From assembly GCF_963676685.1 (NCBI RefSeq), contig NC_092344.1, forward strand, positions 117,986,001-118,050,000: DNA of 64,000 bases. Reading direction: 5' to 3'. The notes beneath the pieces were generated by a model that did not search any database, had not been told where the DNA came from, and saw only the letters and a list, made by a program, of their open reading frames with translations. Both the position numbers and the translations under genes were made by a program. Source of the DNA: Mytilus edulis. Lineage: Eukaryota. Position 1 is the first letter of the stretch, and each line of letters starts with the position of its first letter. Positions 52,601 to 64,000 of this stretch are shown here, piece after piece.

Positions 52601-55600
52601 GAATATTTCATCAATGAAATTCCAGTCAGATATTCTCATGAATATCCCTTTCATATAAGATACAAATTTTATTAAGTCTGATACAGATTTTTGGTAGGCA
52701 AGAAAGTTTCAACTTAGGCACTACACAGGCATCAAAAGGTGTCATTATGGAGTAAAGGGAGATATATCAAAAGGTGACATTATGGAGTAAAGGGAGAGAT
52801 ATCAAAAGGTGTCATTATGGAGTAAAGGGGGAGATATCAAAAGGTGACATTATGGAGTAAAGGGAGAGATATCAAAAGGTGTCATTATGGAGTAAAGGGA
52901 GAGATATCAAAAGGTGTCATTATGGAGTAAAGGGAGAGATATCAAAAGGTGACATTATGGAGTAAAGGGAGAGATATCAAAAGGTGTCATTATGGAGTAA
53001 AGGGAGAGATATCAAAAGGTGACATTATGGAGTAAAGGGAGAGATATCAAAAGGTGTTATTATGGAGTAAAGGGAGAGATATCAAAAGGTGTCATTATGG
53101 AGTAAAGGGAGAGATATCAAAAGGTGTCATTATGGAGTAAAGGGAGAGATATCAAAAGGTGTCATTATGGAGTAAAGGGAGAGATATCAAAAGGTGACAT
53201 TATGGAGTAAAGGGAGAGATATCAAAAGGTGACATTATGGAGTAAAGGGAGAGATATCAAAAGGTGTCATTATGGAGAATAGGGTTATTATCTGACCACA
53301 TCCTTAATTTTTAAATCCACTATTACAGTGAGTTGACTGTTAGTGTTGCTCTCCACCAATTGCAACTCATTCAAAATTTTGACTAAATTGCAATTTGTTT
53401 TATTAAACCAAATTGTTCAACTGGACAGAAAAATTGAACAAATTGTTCAGTCAAAATGTGAAAGTGCAAGGTGATAAAATAAAATATACTTACAATCCTA
53501 TAAGACTTTAACTCCACTTTAATGATGTTGCAACAAAAAATGGTTTATCAGTTTGTATAGTTATATTATATTCATTTCCATGCTGAAGGGGAACTGTTTA
53601 TTTTGAATTGCTATTAAATTGTCCAAACTAAGCTTTCATATAGTTTTTCTTTCTAAAAGTATTCTATATTTATAAGAATCAGATATCATTTTAAATAAAA
53701 CATCATATATTCAGTAAAATATGTGTGAAATAACAATATGCTATTGATAAATTTTCAGGGGGGATAACCTAAAATATTATTCTTTTGAATAAAGACTTTT
53801 TGAAAGAAAAGTTATTATCTCCCCCATGGAAACTTCCTACAAACATATATTGCAATTTTACACATATTTTACTGAATATGAAATGTTTTAATTCACATAA
53901 TGTCTGATTCTTATAAATATACAATACTTTTTTGAATTGCTATTAAATTGTCCAAACTAAGCTTTCATATAGTTTTTCTTTCTAAAAGTATTCTATCTAT
54001 AATACTAAAATTACAAGGTCCAATTTGTCAGCCGTCATCACGTAAAAACGATGAATAAAAAAATTCAACTTTATATATAACTAATATAGTACAAAGGTGT
54101 AGATTAAAAATTACACCACTCCAGGCCCTTTTGTTTTCCACGTAATTAATATTGCCAATAATTAAGAAGTTCCGGGTCGAGTCCGATACCGATACCAATA
54201 GTATATTCACCTGTTACCGATTACCTTATCTGTACGTTCCGCATCTGACAGGCGCACCACCAAACGGTGTATTCAGGATTAATATGTTATATAGTATACA
54301 CGGGTCATAATCACAGGGTTGACACTACTTAATTGTCAAATTGTTACCTTTTGTAGTATTTTAATCAGTTAGACTTTCTAAGATAACAATACAAATACTA
54401 AAAATCTGGACTAAAATAAGGCGTATAGGTACAGTTATCAATTTGTTAGCGGGCATGACGTAAAACAGCGAATCAAAGAATTCAACTTTATTTATGACTA
54501 ATATAGGACAATGCTGTTGATTAAAAAGTACTCCATTCCAGGACCTTTTGTTTTCCAAATAATTAATATTATCAATAATTGATAAGTTCCAGTTCGACGG
54601 GTTCAAACAGAAAGATTTGAAAGCGGAGAAAACTGTGTATCTTATAATCGGCATGACTTTATCAAATGACAATACTTATACTAAAATAAGGCTTGCGCAT
54701 AGTTATATACTTCAGTCACGGACCTGCGATATCAAGGGTGTGTTCTAGTATTTATAAGAATCAGACATTATGTGAATTAATACATTTGATATTCAGTAAA
54801 ATATGTGTAAAATTGCAATATATGTTTGTAGGAAGTTTCCATGGGGGAGATAATAACTTTTCTTTCAAAAAGTCTTTATTCAAAAGAATAATATTTTAGG
54901 TTATCTCCCCTGAAAATTTATCAATAGCATATTGTTATTTCACACATATTTTACTGAATATATGATGTTTTATTTAAAATGATATCTGATTCTTATAAAT
55001 ATAGAATACTTTTAGAAAGAAAAACTAAATGAAAGCTTAGTTTGGACAATTTAATAGCAATTCAAAATAAACAATTCCCCTTCAGCATGGAAATGAATAT
55101 AATATAACTATACAAACTGATAAACTAATTTTGTCAATACCTGCGAGGGCTGTATAGCCAGTCAAGGTCGTTAAAACACCACCATATATATATAATTTTG
55201 TCACAACATCATTAAAGTGGAGTTAAAGTCCTATAGGATTGTAAGTACGTTTTATTTTATCACCTTGCACTTTCATGACTTGGCTGTGGTTTTCTACAGC
55301 AGTTTGTTCAAATTTCTGACCAGTTGAACAATTTGATTTTAAAAAACAAATTGCAATTTGGTCAAAATTTTGAATGAGTTGCAATTGGTGGAGAGCAACA
55401 CTAACAGTCAACTCACTGTAATATTGTTCTGATAGCAACTTGCCTGCTTCTTTCTTTATTATCTTCTTTTTCTTTTTTATAACTTTCTTTGGAGATATTT
55501 TCTTCACAGAATATACCTTTTCTGTTTGTTCTGATTCTAAAAAAAATAAGAGCTCAAGCATAACTTTGAATATAAGATCATGCCAAAGTGTAAACCCTTA

Positions 55601-58600
55601 AATGAGACACTCACAAGGTTCAAAAATGATTTAAGTCATAAACGTTTGATCTAAAAACCTATATCATGGTAATAAAAAGGTCTACAGTGTTCCAGCTAGG
55701 ATTTGAAAATAGAGAGGCGCGTTTTTAAAAAGGGCACTTTAGCGCGTTCTCACTGAAAAAAATCAAATACTTAATATTACCACATAAAGACATCTTTTTA
55801 GCAAGCATGTAGCTTAGTTAAATATCTATTATATACAAGTTTAAAAATCATTTATTTAGAACATATAAGTTAATATCAAACTGATAGCAATAATAGACAT
55901 TACTATATTCATTTCTCTTTCAGAACTACAGATTTTTTCAAAGAAGAGTTCAAATGCAATTAAATATTTAACAACAATGACAAATCTTCTGTTTTTCTTT
56001 TTGAAGAAGGTTGTCACACATTAGTTGCATCACAGTTTAATTTTACAGTTAATATTTTTGTTAATGTCTGTGTTTTCAAGTTTGCCCTGTGACTTGTCTT
56101 TATCAATTTGACCTGAGAGAATATTTTCTCCACCTCTGCTGTACTGAGTGGTTGTACATGTCATATTGCAACACTGAATAGTTTTGCAACAAGAGGGTAC
56201 ATAAAGATAATAGGTTTTTATCCTAATGACAAGGTGAATGAAATAGCTCTAGCAGACTAGATAAGGAACGATCTGTAAGTTCTGCTGATGACACAAGAGC
56301 TATAAAGTCCTGTTATTGAATAAGGAGAGTTTCAGGGTCCATGTCAAATGTATTTGCCAGAGCTTCTATCTCTGTATAACCATACATTGTTTCACTGTCA
56401 GTTGTCTGTTCAATTCAACAAGCATCTCCGTATATTTCATGTTGAGCGTATCTAATAAAATCAATAAGTTTGTCAAAACGGATTTCAATCACAGGCACTT
56501 GTTTCTATTCATATTGGAAGACCCCCTATCAACGTATATTTACGGAAATATACGTTGATGGGGGTCTTCCAATGGATAGAAACAAGTGCCTGTGATTTCA
56601 ATAAGAAAATTGATACAAAAATCGGACTTTCGAGAGCTCCGTAATCGGCACAATAATAAATTATTTCAATTTTGTAAGTTTATTATCAATTCAACAAGCA
56701 TCTCCGTTTACTTCATGTTGAGCGTATTTAATAATATCAATATTAAAGTTAGTCAAACCGGACTTCAATTTAAGAAAAAATGATATAAATATCGGACTTT
56801 CGAGTGCTCCGTAATCGGCGGAATTTACAATAGAAGAACTATTGCGATATTTGATAGAAACCGTTCTTCTTCTCGATTTTTCATAAAGGTAAAGAATTAA
56901 ATTATTTTTTTACTTTTGATGGTCATTATTCTTGAAAAAAGATGGAATAGATGTAAAAGATGTAATAGACTTGTCATTTCCGAGTTGGTCAATTTTTCTT
57001 TTTTTCGTCGGCATTTTGCGTGTTGACCTATTGGAATGATTCTTTTTAAATGAACGTTATTTTATAAATAACAAATACATTAGAAATGAACACCGTTCAC
57101 ATTTATTTTATAAATTCTATTTTGCATCGTCAGGTGTTAAAATAATCAATTCATTTAACTTCGATGTTTGGTGCTTCAGGGCAAAGGGATTAGACAGGGT
57201 CGTAAATTTCACCTGATTAAGTAATTGACTCCAATCAAATAGGTGATTATATACAGGTAACAAGTGTCAACAATTTTAATCTGTTGTCTTAATGAAGTGT
57301 GTGTATAAACTGATAAAGAACTCAACAAAATGGCGACGATATGAGGAAAAAGATTGTTTTTTAAACTTTTTTTCAAAAGGGCACAGAGGGGCGCATAAAA
57401 AAGGCAGAGGGGCGCAAAATTTCGGGGGCGGGGCGCGGCGCCCCTCCATTTCATGCTAGCTGGAACACTGTATGTCAGATAAAAACTGTATACAATTATT
57501 TTGCTCCGAGTCTGACTAAAACAACAGTACTTCAACAGACAAGAAACAAATCAACTGGACTTTATTTTCAAACATGAAGATTTAAATTGGTAAAGGATTC
57601 TTCTAAGAATTATAAATTATTTAATGTACATGCATTGTGATACATTAATTTCTCTCCGTCTTCTCTAGTTAAAAAAAAATCAACCACCAAAACGACATAT
57701 ATTCATACCAGTAATAACTTTTTCCTTTTTACTTTCTTCCCTCTTTACTTCTGCTTGTTTTTCCTCTGGTGGAGGCTCTTCTGTCACAGGTCCTTCTATA
57801 GGGTCTGGATTCTCTTCTATCTCAGTAGAAACAAAGTCAGGCAACTGAGCCTCCTTTTTAGAAGTCTTAACCTTTTTAGTAGGTGATTTAGACTTAGTTT
57901 TAAGTTTAGATTCAGTCTTTACAACAGCTGTGAAGTAAACGTCAATATTATCAATGGAAATCAATCATCAAGACCATTAGTATAAAATCTGTTCAGTTAA
58001 TACATATTTTACAATATTTTAAAGTTATTTATAGCATGTGTCTATCAAAAGTCATTTCTATTAATACAATACTTATATTTACAATTGCTGCACTCAGAGA
58101 GAAGTATTAATATTGAAAAAGTTGTATTGACACAAAAATCTGTTTCTCCTGCTTTCTCTTGTCATAAATACAACTGACAAGCAATTACAACAATATCAGC
58201 ACAAAAATCCATGTGTTAAAGCAAATCTGTGAAGTATTCATCTGTTTTTTTATTAATGTGATGCAAACTGTCGAAGTCTATGCTTCGTTATAGAAAAAAG
58301 TTAAGGTCCTATCATTTTAAATCTAGCAGTAGCTGTGTTCTTTCTAAATTTATCTAACTTTGGAGTAATGACAAATTCAAGTTTTAACCCAATTAACAAG
58401 GTTCACTCAACATGAAAAGTTTTTTGATTTAGTACACATGTAGTTTACCATTTAGTAGTGGTTGCATCAACTTGTCAGAGGCAGATTTAGGGGGGTCTCT
58501 TTTGTGGGAAAAATTTGGTTGATTATTTAAATTAAGGAATCACTGAAACTTGAATGGAGCAGGGTCCCCACTTATGAAAATTTCTAGATCCACCACTGCT

Positions 58601-59906
58601 TGTTAATTATATTTTATTACATGCATTCCCCATTTCCTTTCTCAATTTTATACATGTTTACAATGATGTGAACTTCAAAAAAAATAAATTCATAGTACAA
58701 AAGTAAGGTGTTTAATTTTGCAGTTTTATATTATAATCTCCCCTTCATCTGTACTTAATTTATACAAACCAAACTTGAGCAGTCTAGTTTAAAAAAAAAA
58801 TTTAATAGCTATTGGAAAAGAAGATATAATGGTATAGTTTGACAACAATAAGATCAGAGAGCTACTGTTTACACAAAATAGGTGGGGAACAGCCTTATCA
58901 CTATCCTCTGCCCTTTAAAGTAACAAAAACAACCAGATGCTCTGCAGGGCGCAGCTTTATACGACCGCAGAGGTCGAACCCTGAACGTTTGGGGCAAGTA
59001 TGGACACAACATTCAAGCTGGATACAGCTCTGAATTTGGATTGTGATTAAATAGTTGACACAGCATAGGTTTCTGACACAGAATGAATGTGGTCTAATGA
59101 ACTGTTTTTTGCTTTTGAGCAATTCACTATGCTGTTGAATATTAATCCTTTCAAAAAAAAAAAAATTGAAAAAAAATTCTTTTTAATTTCTGAAATCTGA
59201 AATGAGAAAAATTGACCCCCCCCAAAATTTTTTGTCACCTCCCCCTTTACCTTATTCGAAAAATGATCTCAATTCAAATTTCTAATGGAGTTTGCAACAA
59301 TAACTACTCATTTAAATACATCATAAAATATTAAAATATAAAATGTCATACAGTCATGGTTAAAATTAATATTAATTGATAGTAACTTCTAAAAAAATAA
59401 ATGGGGAACGTGTCCAAAGGGACACAGATGATGCCCCCGCTAGTAATAACTTTATAAAGGGACATAACTCAAGAACTGTAAAAGTGAAGCTGCCAAAAAT
59501 TGAACTTAAACTAAAAAAAATTGCGGTCGTATAAAAAGACACACCCAGACTGATCCTTGTGGAAGAAAGGGTATAGAATTTTCTTCTTCAAAAAAGGAAA
59601 AGATTTTGAAGCATTACTTTTTAGCACTTTCCAGAGGAAAATTGTGAGAAGGAACAGGATCTATGAGTTGACACAAAGAAGTGATACTCTTTTGAATTTC
59701 CCTACATGTAGATGTATATGCCTATGACTTGACTCTCTTCTAATTTGCTGCACCTCCATGAACAAAATTTCAGTTTATTTTGTTCTGTATTACATTACAC
59801 ATACCAGGTTTGGATTTAGAATTATCCTTTATCTCTGTGGAAAGGTCATCATCAACAATGTGGCCTTGAAGAATGTCATCCAAGAGGTTTTCTACTCTTT
59901 CCTCTC
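37698..59906 (-). CDS. YTHDC1: YTH domain-containing protein 1 (nuclear m6A reader); start-codon exon not located in window
   Basis: Exons 59906-59805, 57927-57709, 55536-55444 (GC donor), 52113-51916, 51046-50735, 49742-49597, 49272-49218, 48899-48782, 48012-47928, 47174-46924, 42839-42769, 40851-40824, 39501-39456, 39271-39194, 38839-38720, 37856-37698, in continuous frame. Motifs NLLDDIL, Glu-rich tract, [87 protein letters not shown] tail. Confidence 0.96.
39763..40278. repeat. 6 x 86-bp minisatellite derived from a SINE-like core
   Basis: AAGTGAC at 39771, 39857, 39942, 40028, 40114, 40200. Minus strand GGTTCTCT..GCTTCCTCCACCAATCAAAAC resembles 47673-47710. Confidence 0.85.
41164..42163 (-). 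mobile_element. 5'-truncated CR1/L2-group LINE 3' end
   Basis: [12 protein letters not shown]...LQK...LGW...[17 protein letters not shown]...FKQNIK; (TTA)n tail at 41164-41180. Confidence 0.8.
41429..41713. mobile_element. PIF/Harbinger-type MITE nested in the LINE fragment
   Basis: TIR GGCAGCAACCATTTGATTTTCTGGGGGG...; TTA TSD at 41426-41428 and 41714-41716. Confidence 0.88.
42166..42729. mobile_element. MITE-like element
   Basis: Terminal GGAGTAGGTC / GACCTACTCC inverted; internal inverted GAAAGTGGCCGCAT motif; no clear TSD. Confidence 0.65.
43860..45060. repeat. Degenerate array of CATGACTTACAGTAAGATCT motifs in YTHDC1 intron
   Basis: About 20 diverged copies with irregular spacing; at least 9 retain ACTTACAG. 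Confidence 0.8.
46186..46672 (-). promoter_or_regulatory. Candidate m6A-dependent splicing element: GGACU cluster + alternative 5' splice site
   Basis: AGTCC on plus (GGACU in the transcript) at 46186, 46255, 46315, 46335, 46350, 46379, 46436; donor GTG|GTAAGT at 46672/46671. Confidence 0.6.
47450..47765 (+). mobile_element. SINE relic with internal ~67-bp triplication
   Basis: AGTTGTG.GTTTCAACC...CTAGGATTATC x3, then SINE-like core and (CAAT)n tail. Confidence 0.6.
48397..48693. repeat. 8 x 37-bp minisatellite
   Basis: CAACAAAATTCACTAAGTTAGTGCTAATTACGATAAT units. Confidence 0.93.
52495..53288. mobile_element. piggyBac-like MITE whose right end is amplified as ~16 x 35-bp tandem repeat (52731-53277)
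   Basis: TTAA|CTCTTTCCTCCAT left end vs ATGGAGAATAGGG|TTAT right end; unit GATATCAAAAGGTG(T/A)CATTATGGAGTAAAGGGAGA. Confidence 0.7.
53321..55423. repeat. Long inverted duplication (arms ~53321-53925 and ~54749-55423)
   Basis: TATTACAGTGAGTTGACTGTTAGTGTTGCTCTCCACC... at 53321 is the reverse complement of the sequence ending at 55423; high identity over ~600 bp. Confidence 0.92.
53996..54748 (+). mobile_element. Non-autonomous Helitron
   Basis: 5' TCTATAATAC, 3' GC-richer segment ending GTTCTAG, inserted at A|T without TSD. The empty site AGTATTCTA|TATTTATAAG is visible at ~53660-53675. Internal direct repeat. Confidence 0.85.
55685..57470 (-). mobile_element. hAT-derived deletion element with transposase dimerisation-domain relic
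   Basis: TIR CAGTGTTCCAGCTAG / CTAGCTGGAACACTG; minus-strand [40 protein letters not shown] at ~56040-56203. Confidence 0.8.
58931..59535. mobile_element. HINE family A (internally deleted copy)
   Basis: AACCAGATGCTC..GCAGCTTTATACGACCGCAGAGGTCGAACCC start; TTGCGGTCGTATAAAA end. Confidence 0.8.
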
Positions 59907-60029
59907 CTAAAAAAGATTGGCATTTATGAAACTAGGGCAGAAGCAAATGTTTGTCATGTTTATGACTAAAATACAGTTTTAAGAGCAATGTGATAAATGG
60001 ACTTTGTGTTATATATAGTGACAAATTCA

Positions 60030-60190
60030 GTGAAGAACAATACGAAGACACTATTCCTTACAACACCGATCCATATAAGAACAGACTAATCTGAACTCTT
60101 TCTCTGTCAAGAGCATACTACATTGGAACCAACTGGAAGACCATATTGTAAGTGCAAATACAGTTGAGAGCTTCGAGGCTGCTCACCAAC
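60030..60190 (+). mobile_element. LINE ORF C-terminal relic
   Basis: NSFSVKSILHWNQLEDHIVSANTVESF fits the SF..R.I..WN.L motif at LINE RT C-termini. Confidence 0.5.
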
Positions 60191-62203
60191 ACCCTGAAGA
60201 GGGGTATTGGGTGCATTTGCCCATTGAGTCCGTTCGCCCTGGGTTCTTTTGCTTACTTTTTTTGAAAAATATTCTTATTAGGGTATTAAAGTTTAATAAA
60301 CTTATTCAGATATTCAAAAAGAATGTATAAATTCTTGAAATTCATGAAAGCAAATGGAAATATTTAAAATTAATGGCGTTTTTTTAAGCATTAATTGAAC
60401 TTAATAATATATATTTCTCACTTATTGATGCAATAATTGTCTTTGACAGATTAATAAAAACAACATTTTATTTTGATAAATTGTGGAGTAAAAACAATGA
60501 TGTACAAATTGTAAAACATGACAAGGATTCATATGTTCATTTATTATTATACTTGCATAAATTGACTGACTAGAATTTAATAGTAAAATTGTTATAAATA
60601 TAAATAAAGATAAATACATTGTATTCCAATATTCTACTTTGCAAATCAAAGGAACATATGTAGTTGCAGCAATACAAATATTCCGCGATTTTTTTCCACA
60701 AACTGTTACAAACTTTGTTCAAATAATGAACATGATAATGCAACTAGACAACAATAAAAAAATATATAAATCAGGGCGAACAGAGCCCGGGTGACCAGGT
60801 ACAAAATGTACTACTGTACTAGGGCGAACGGACCTGGATTCCTCAATAGGACAATAGGTATCTTCAGCGTACTCATTTATACAGAACTCATGTCAGTCAA
60901 TGTCACTGCATACAGTTTAGTACTGACAGCAGATTAATGTAAACAACGTGGACTGAAAATATCAACATTGAAAATATTATCAACGAAAACGGTTCTGCAG
61001 CTAAAATTATCAACAAGATAAATCGAGAAAAAAATACATAATTATGTAACGGCGGCTAATAACGAATTTATAATTTAAAATGTCTTGATTTGATTTTAAT
61101 AGGAGATTTAATGGTCAAACTTACGTGAAATTTATATTCGGACACTAAACTACAAAATTTTAATAAATAAACGGTTATCTTTGGTGTCAGGGTTATTTAT
61201 TTTTAAAAATGCTTTGTCCCTTTTCAGCGCATTTTTTATTGCAAGCACGCCGTAGTTTATACCTTTAGAGTCAGTTGACTCCGCACTCATAACGCCCAAA
61301 GAGTGCAGAAGTTATTCCCTGTATCTCCTGCTTAAATGCCTAATTTCAAAGAAGTACAAATACTCTAAATCATTTGTCTTTTTGAAAGATTTTTAACAAT
61401 TTTCAAGATGGCCGAATCACTTCCTATTCGGAACAATGAAATTTTACACCTTAGAAAAGCCAAGAAACAATCCGAATGGATTTTGAAGTTGTCTCCCATG
61501 AAAAACTTTATAACAGTAGTAAAAGAAGATAACTAGTTTACTTTCGTTACTTCACTATATCTTAGACGAATTTCATATTGACGAGCACAATTTACCAGTC
61601 AGTAGCGTCCACTTCGTTATACAACAAGTATCAAGTGAAGCCCACTTGTACCAGTATGTTAATTTTCCTCTGTAGCATCCTCTTAGTAATTATAATGAGC
61701 ACCTCTATTCGAGGGTAGTAATGCCTTTTGTCCTCAGGCGTCAAACAGTTTATTTCCGCTACCGTTAACGTCAAATGGGTTAAAATTTTACCGTGATTTG
61801 TAAAAATATCCTTATCGTGATTCGTCAGAGCAAGGACGTATATTAGACGTATGTTAGTTATACGTCCTTGGTCAGAGGTCTCGAATAATTATCGTTCCCG
61901 TCATTTTTGGAAAAAAAATTAACCTGTTTCGTCAAAATCAGTCGATGTTTTTATCGTCTAAAAGAAAATGTACATTTTATCGTCATACACCAAAAACTAC
62001 TGTTAACGTCCTTTGGCAAGATCTTTTACCATTTTTCGTCATGAAAGTACCCCCATTACGACCCTCCTATATGAAGTTATAAAGGGGCACTAGCTGTCGA
62101 ATTCATGTTAACCGATTTGACTCAAATTTTCAGATTTGATTTATAAAAATGATTTTTTAACCATATTGCACCCGCTAAGTGAAAAGGGATTAATATAAGT
62201 TGC

Positions 62204-63352
62204 AACCAGGTGCTCTGCCGGGTGCAGCTTTATACGACCGCAGAGGTCGAACCCTGAACAATTGGGGCAAGTATGGACAAAACATTCAAGCTTGCTTGAC
62301 ACAGCTCTGAACTTGGATTGTGATCAAATTTTTGACATAATATGAGTTTATTACACAAAACAAATGTCAAGATCTTACAAATCTATTGCACAATATTGTG
62401 CAATTAAAGATTTCTTCTTCAAACTTTTTCAAAAATTTTGGGAAAAAAAATTGAAAACTACCACCCCCCCCCCCCCCCCCCCCCCCCCCCCTTTTTTTGG
62501 CAATTAGTCCAAACCTGACATTTCTTTATACATTATTTACAAGTAGTGTAAGCTTAAGGGAGGTAAATACGAACATACCCAACATTGTATGTTAAATGTT
62601 TTTAAATTACCTCGCTTACATTTAAATTGTCTTAATTGTCCAGAAAACCTAGTTTCCCCCTTTTTTTGCCCCTAATTCCAATTTTTTTTTAGCAATAACC
62701 CCCCAAAGTCAGTACTAACTATCCCTTCATTGTATGGAAACTTGTGGTATAATTTCATAGAGATTCATACACTTAAACACAAGTTATTGTTTGAAAACTA
62801 CAAAAATGCTTATTTTGGGCCCCCTTTTTGGCCCCTAATTCCTAAACTGTTTAGACCACAACCCTAAAATCAATACTAACTATCCCTTCGTGGTATGGAA
62901 ACTTGTGGTATAATTTCAGAGAGATTCATACACTTAAACACAAGTTATTGTTTGAAAACTACAAAATGCTGATTTTGGGCCCCCTTTTTTGGCCCCTAAT
63001 TCTTAACTATTGGGACCATAACCCCTTAAAACCAATACTAACTATCACTTCATGGTATGGAAACTTGTGGTATAATTTCAGAGAGATTCATACACTTAAA
63101 CACTAGTTATTGTTTGAAAACTACAAAAATGCTTATTTTGGGCCCCCTTTTTGGCCCCTAATTCCAAAACTATTGGGACCATAACCCCCAAAATCAATCC
63201 CAACCTTCCTTTAGTAGTAATGAACCTTCTGGTAAAATTTTATAAAGATCCATTCACTAAAACTAAAGTTATTGTCCGGAAACTAAATGTGTCTTCGGAC
63301 GACGACAACATGATAGCATTATACGACGCAAAATTTTTTTTGCGGTCGTATA
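62204..63352. mobile_element. HINE family A with ~140-bp internal tandem units, inserted into a SINE 3' tail
   Basis: Same ends as the 58931 copy. Flanks 62168-62203 and 63353-63395 join to give the SINE tail seen at 25005-25087. Confidence 0.85.
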
Positions 63353-64000
63353 AAAACTTGTTTCCCAATCCACTATAAATAAATATCTTTAATCTAGAAA
63401 GGTTTAAATAATCAATTTACAGGGCATGGGCTCAATAATATTTAACTTTGTTATGTGTGCATTTAACTTTTAAATCTTGACGCCATCTAATTAACTATTG
63501 AGTTCAGTTGACCACTGAAGACCTCTGATGGTCATATAAGCGATATAAACATAAATATAGATATAAATAGAACTCTTTCAATAGACAACTTTCGAGTTCG
63601 ATGCATTTCCGTTAAAAACTCTGGTTTTAGTGAACGTCATTTGTGCATTTAGGGGCATCGTCACTTCCATTCCAATGTTGAGCGAGTGGTTGGAAAACTA
63701 TCTTCTATATTGTTCGAATTATTCGGCAAATTGAATTCTCAAAATTGACAATCAGCACTGCTGTCATTAGGGAATTGTCATTAAGTACCTACAGAACAAC
63801 CATTATTTCTAGTTTATCCTGCACAAAGCAATCACTAAGACGCTTGATGAACGTTAATAGTGCAGGGATACAGGCGATCCCCTCTATCTGGTAAATGACG
63901 TCATAAAGGTGCGTATAATTGAAGAGTTTTTTCCGGTGACGGATGAACTCGAAAGTGGTCTATTGGATTTTTCTAGGTTTGTTTAATTTCATATTATAGT

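Noticed and set aside
61408-61536. CAAGATGGCC start with a 42-codon ORF as a gene start or YTHDC1 exon 1
   Set aside because: Wrong strand for YTHDC1, no homology, repeat-like context; no convincing YTHDC1 first exon found in 59907-64000.
62464-62491. Poly-C runs (also 30912-30934) as G-quadruplex regulators
   Set aside because: Homopolymers inside TEs with unreliable length; no evidence of function.

Overview
AT-rich, intron-rich animal genomic DNA; the repeat families look bivalve, probably Mytilus (inference). Four protein-coding genes were reconstructed by hand from splice sites and phases: (1) the 5' part of a FANCC-like gene (minus, runs off the left edge), head-to-head with (2) a complete MRI1 (plus, 5 coding exons, 356 aa); (3) a putatively secreted C-type-lectin + PAN/apple protein (plus); (4) the m6A reader YTHDC1 (minus, 16 coding exons; the start-codon exon was not found). 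The rest is dense with transposons: Helentron-type HINEs, MITEs, a Helitron, Tc1 and hAT relics, SINEs, Penelope-like RT fragments, a hammerhead-carrying retrozyme-like insert, and a CR1/L2-group LINE with TSD and a 2A-like motif. Top leads: a candidate m6A-sensing poison-splicing module in the YTHDC1 intron equivalent to mammalian intron 11; 22 tandem decoy 3' splice sites in front of MRI1 coding exon 2; a hammerhead ribozyme in a nested TE island; and a SINE/LINE pair sharing a 3' tail. All coordinates were counted by hand and may be off by a few bases. Homology calls come from remembered family motifs, not from database searches.
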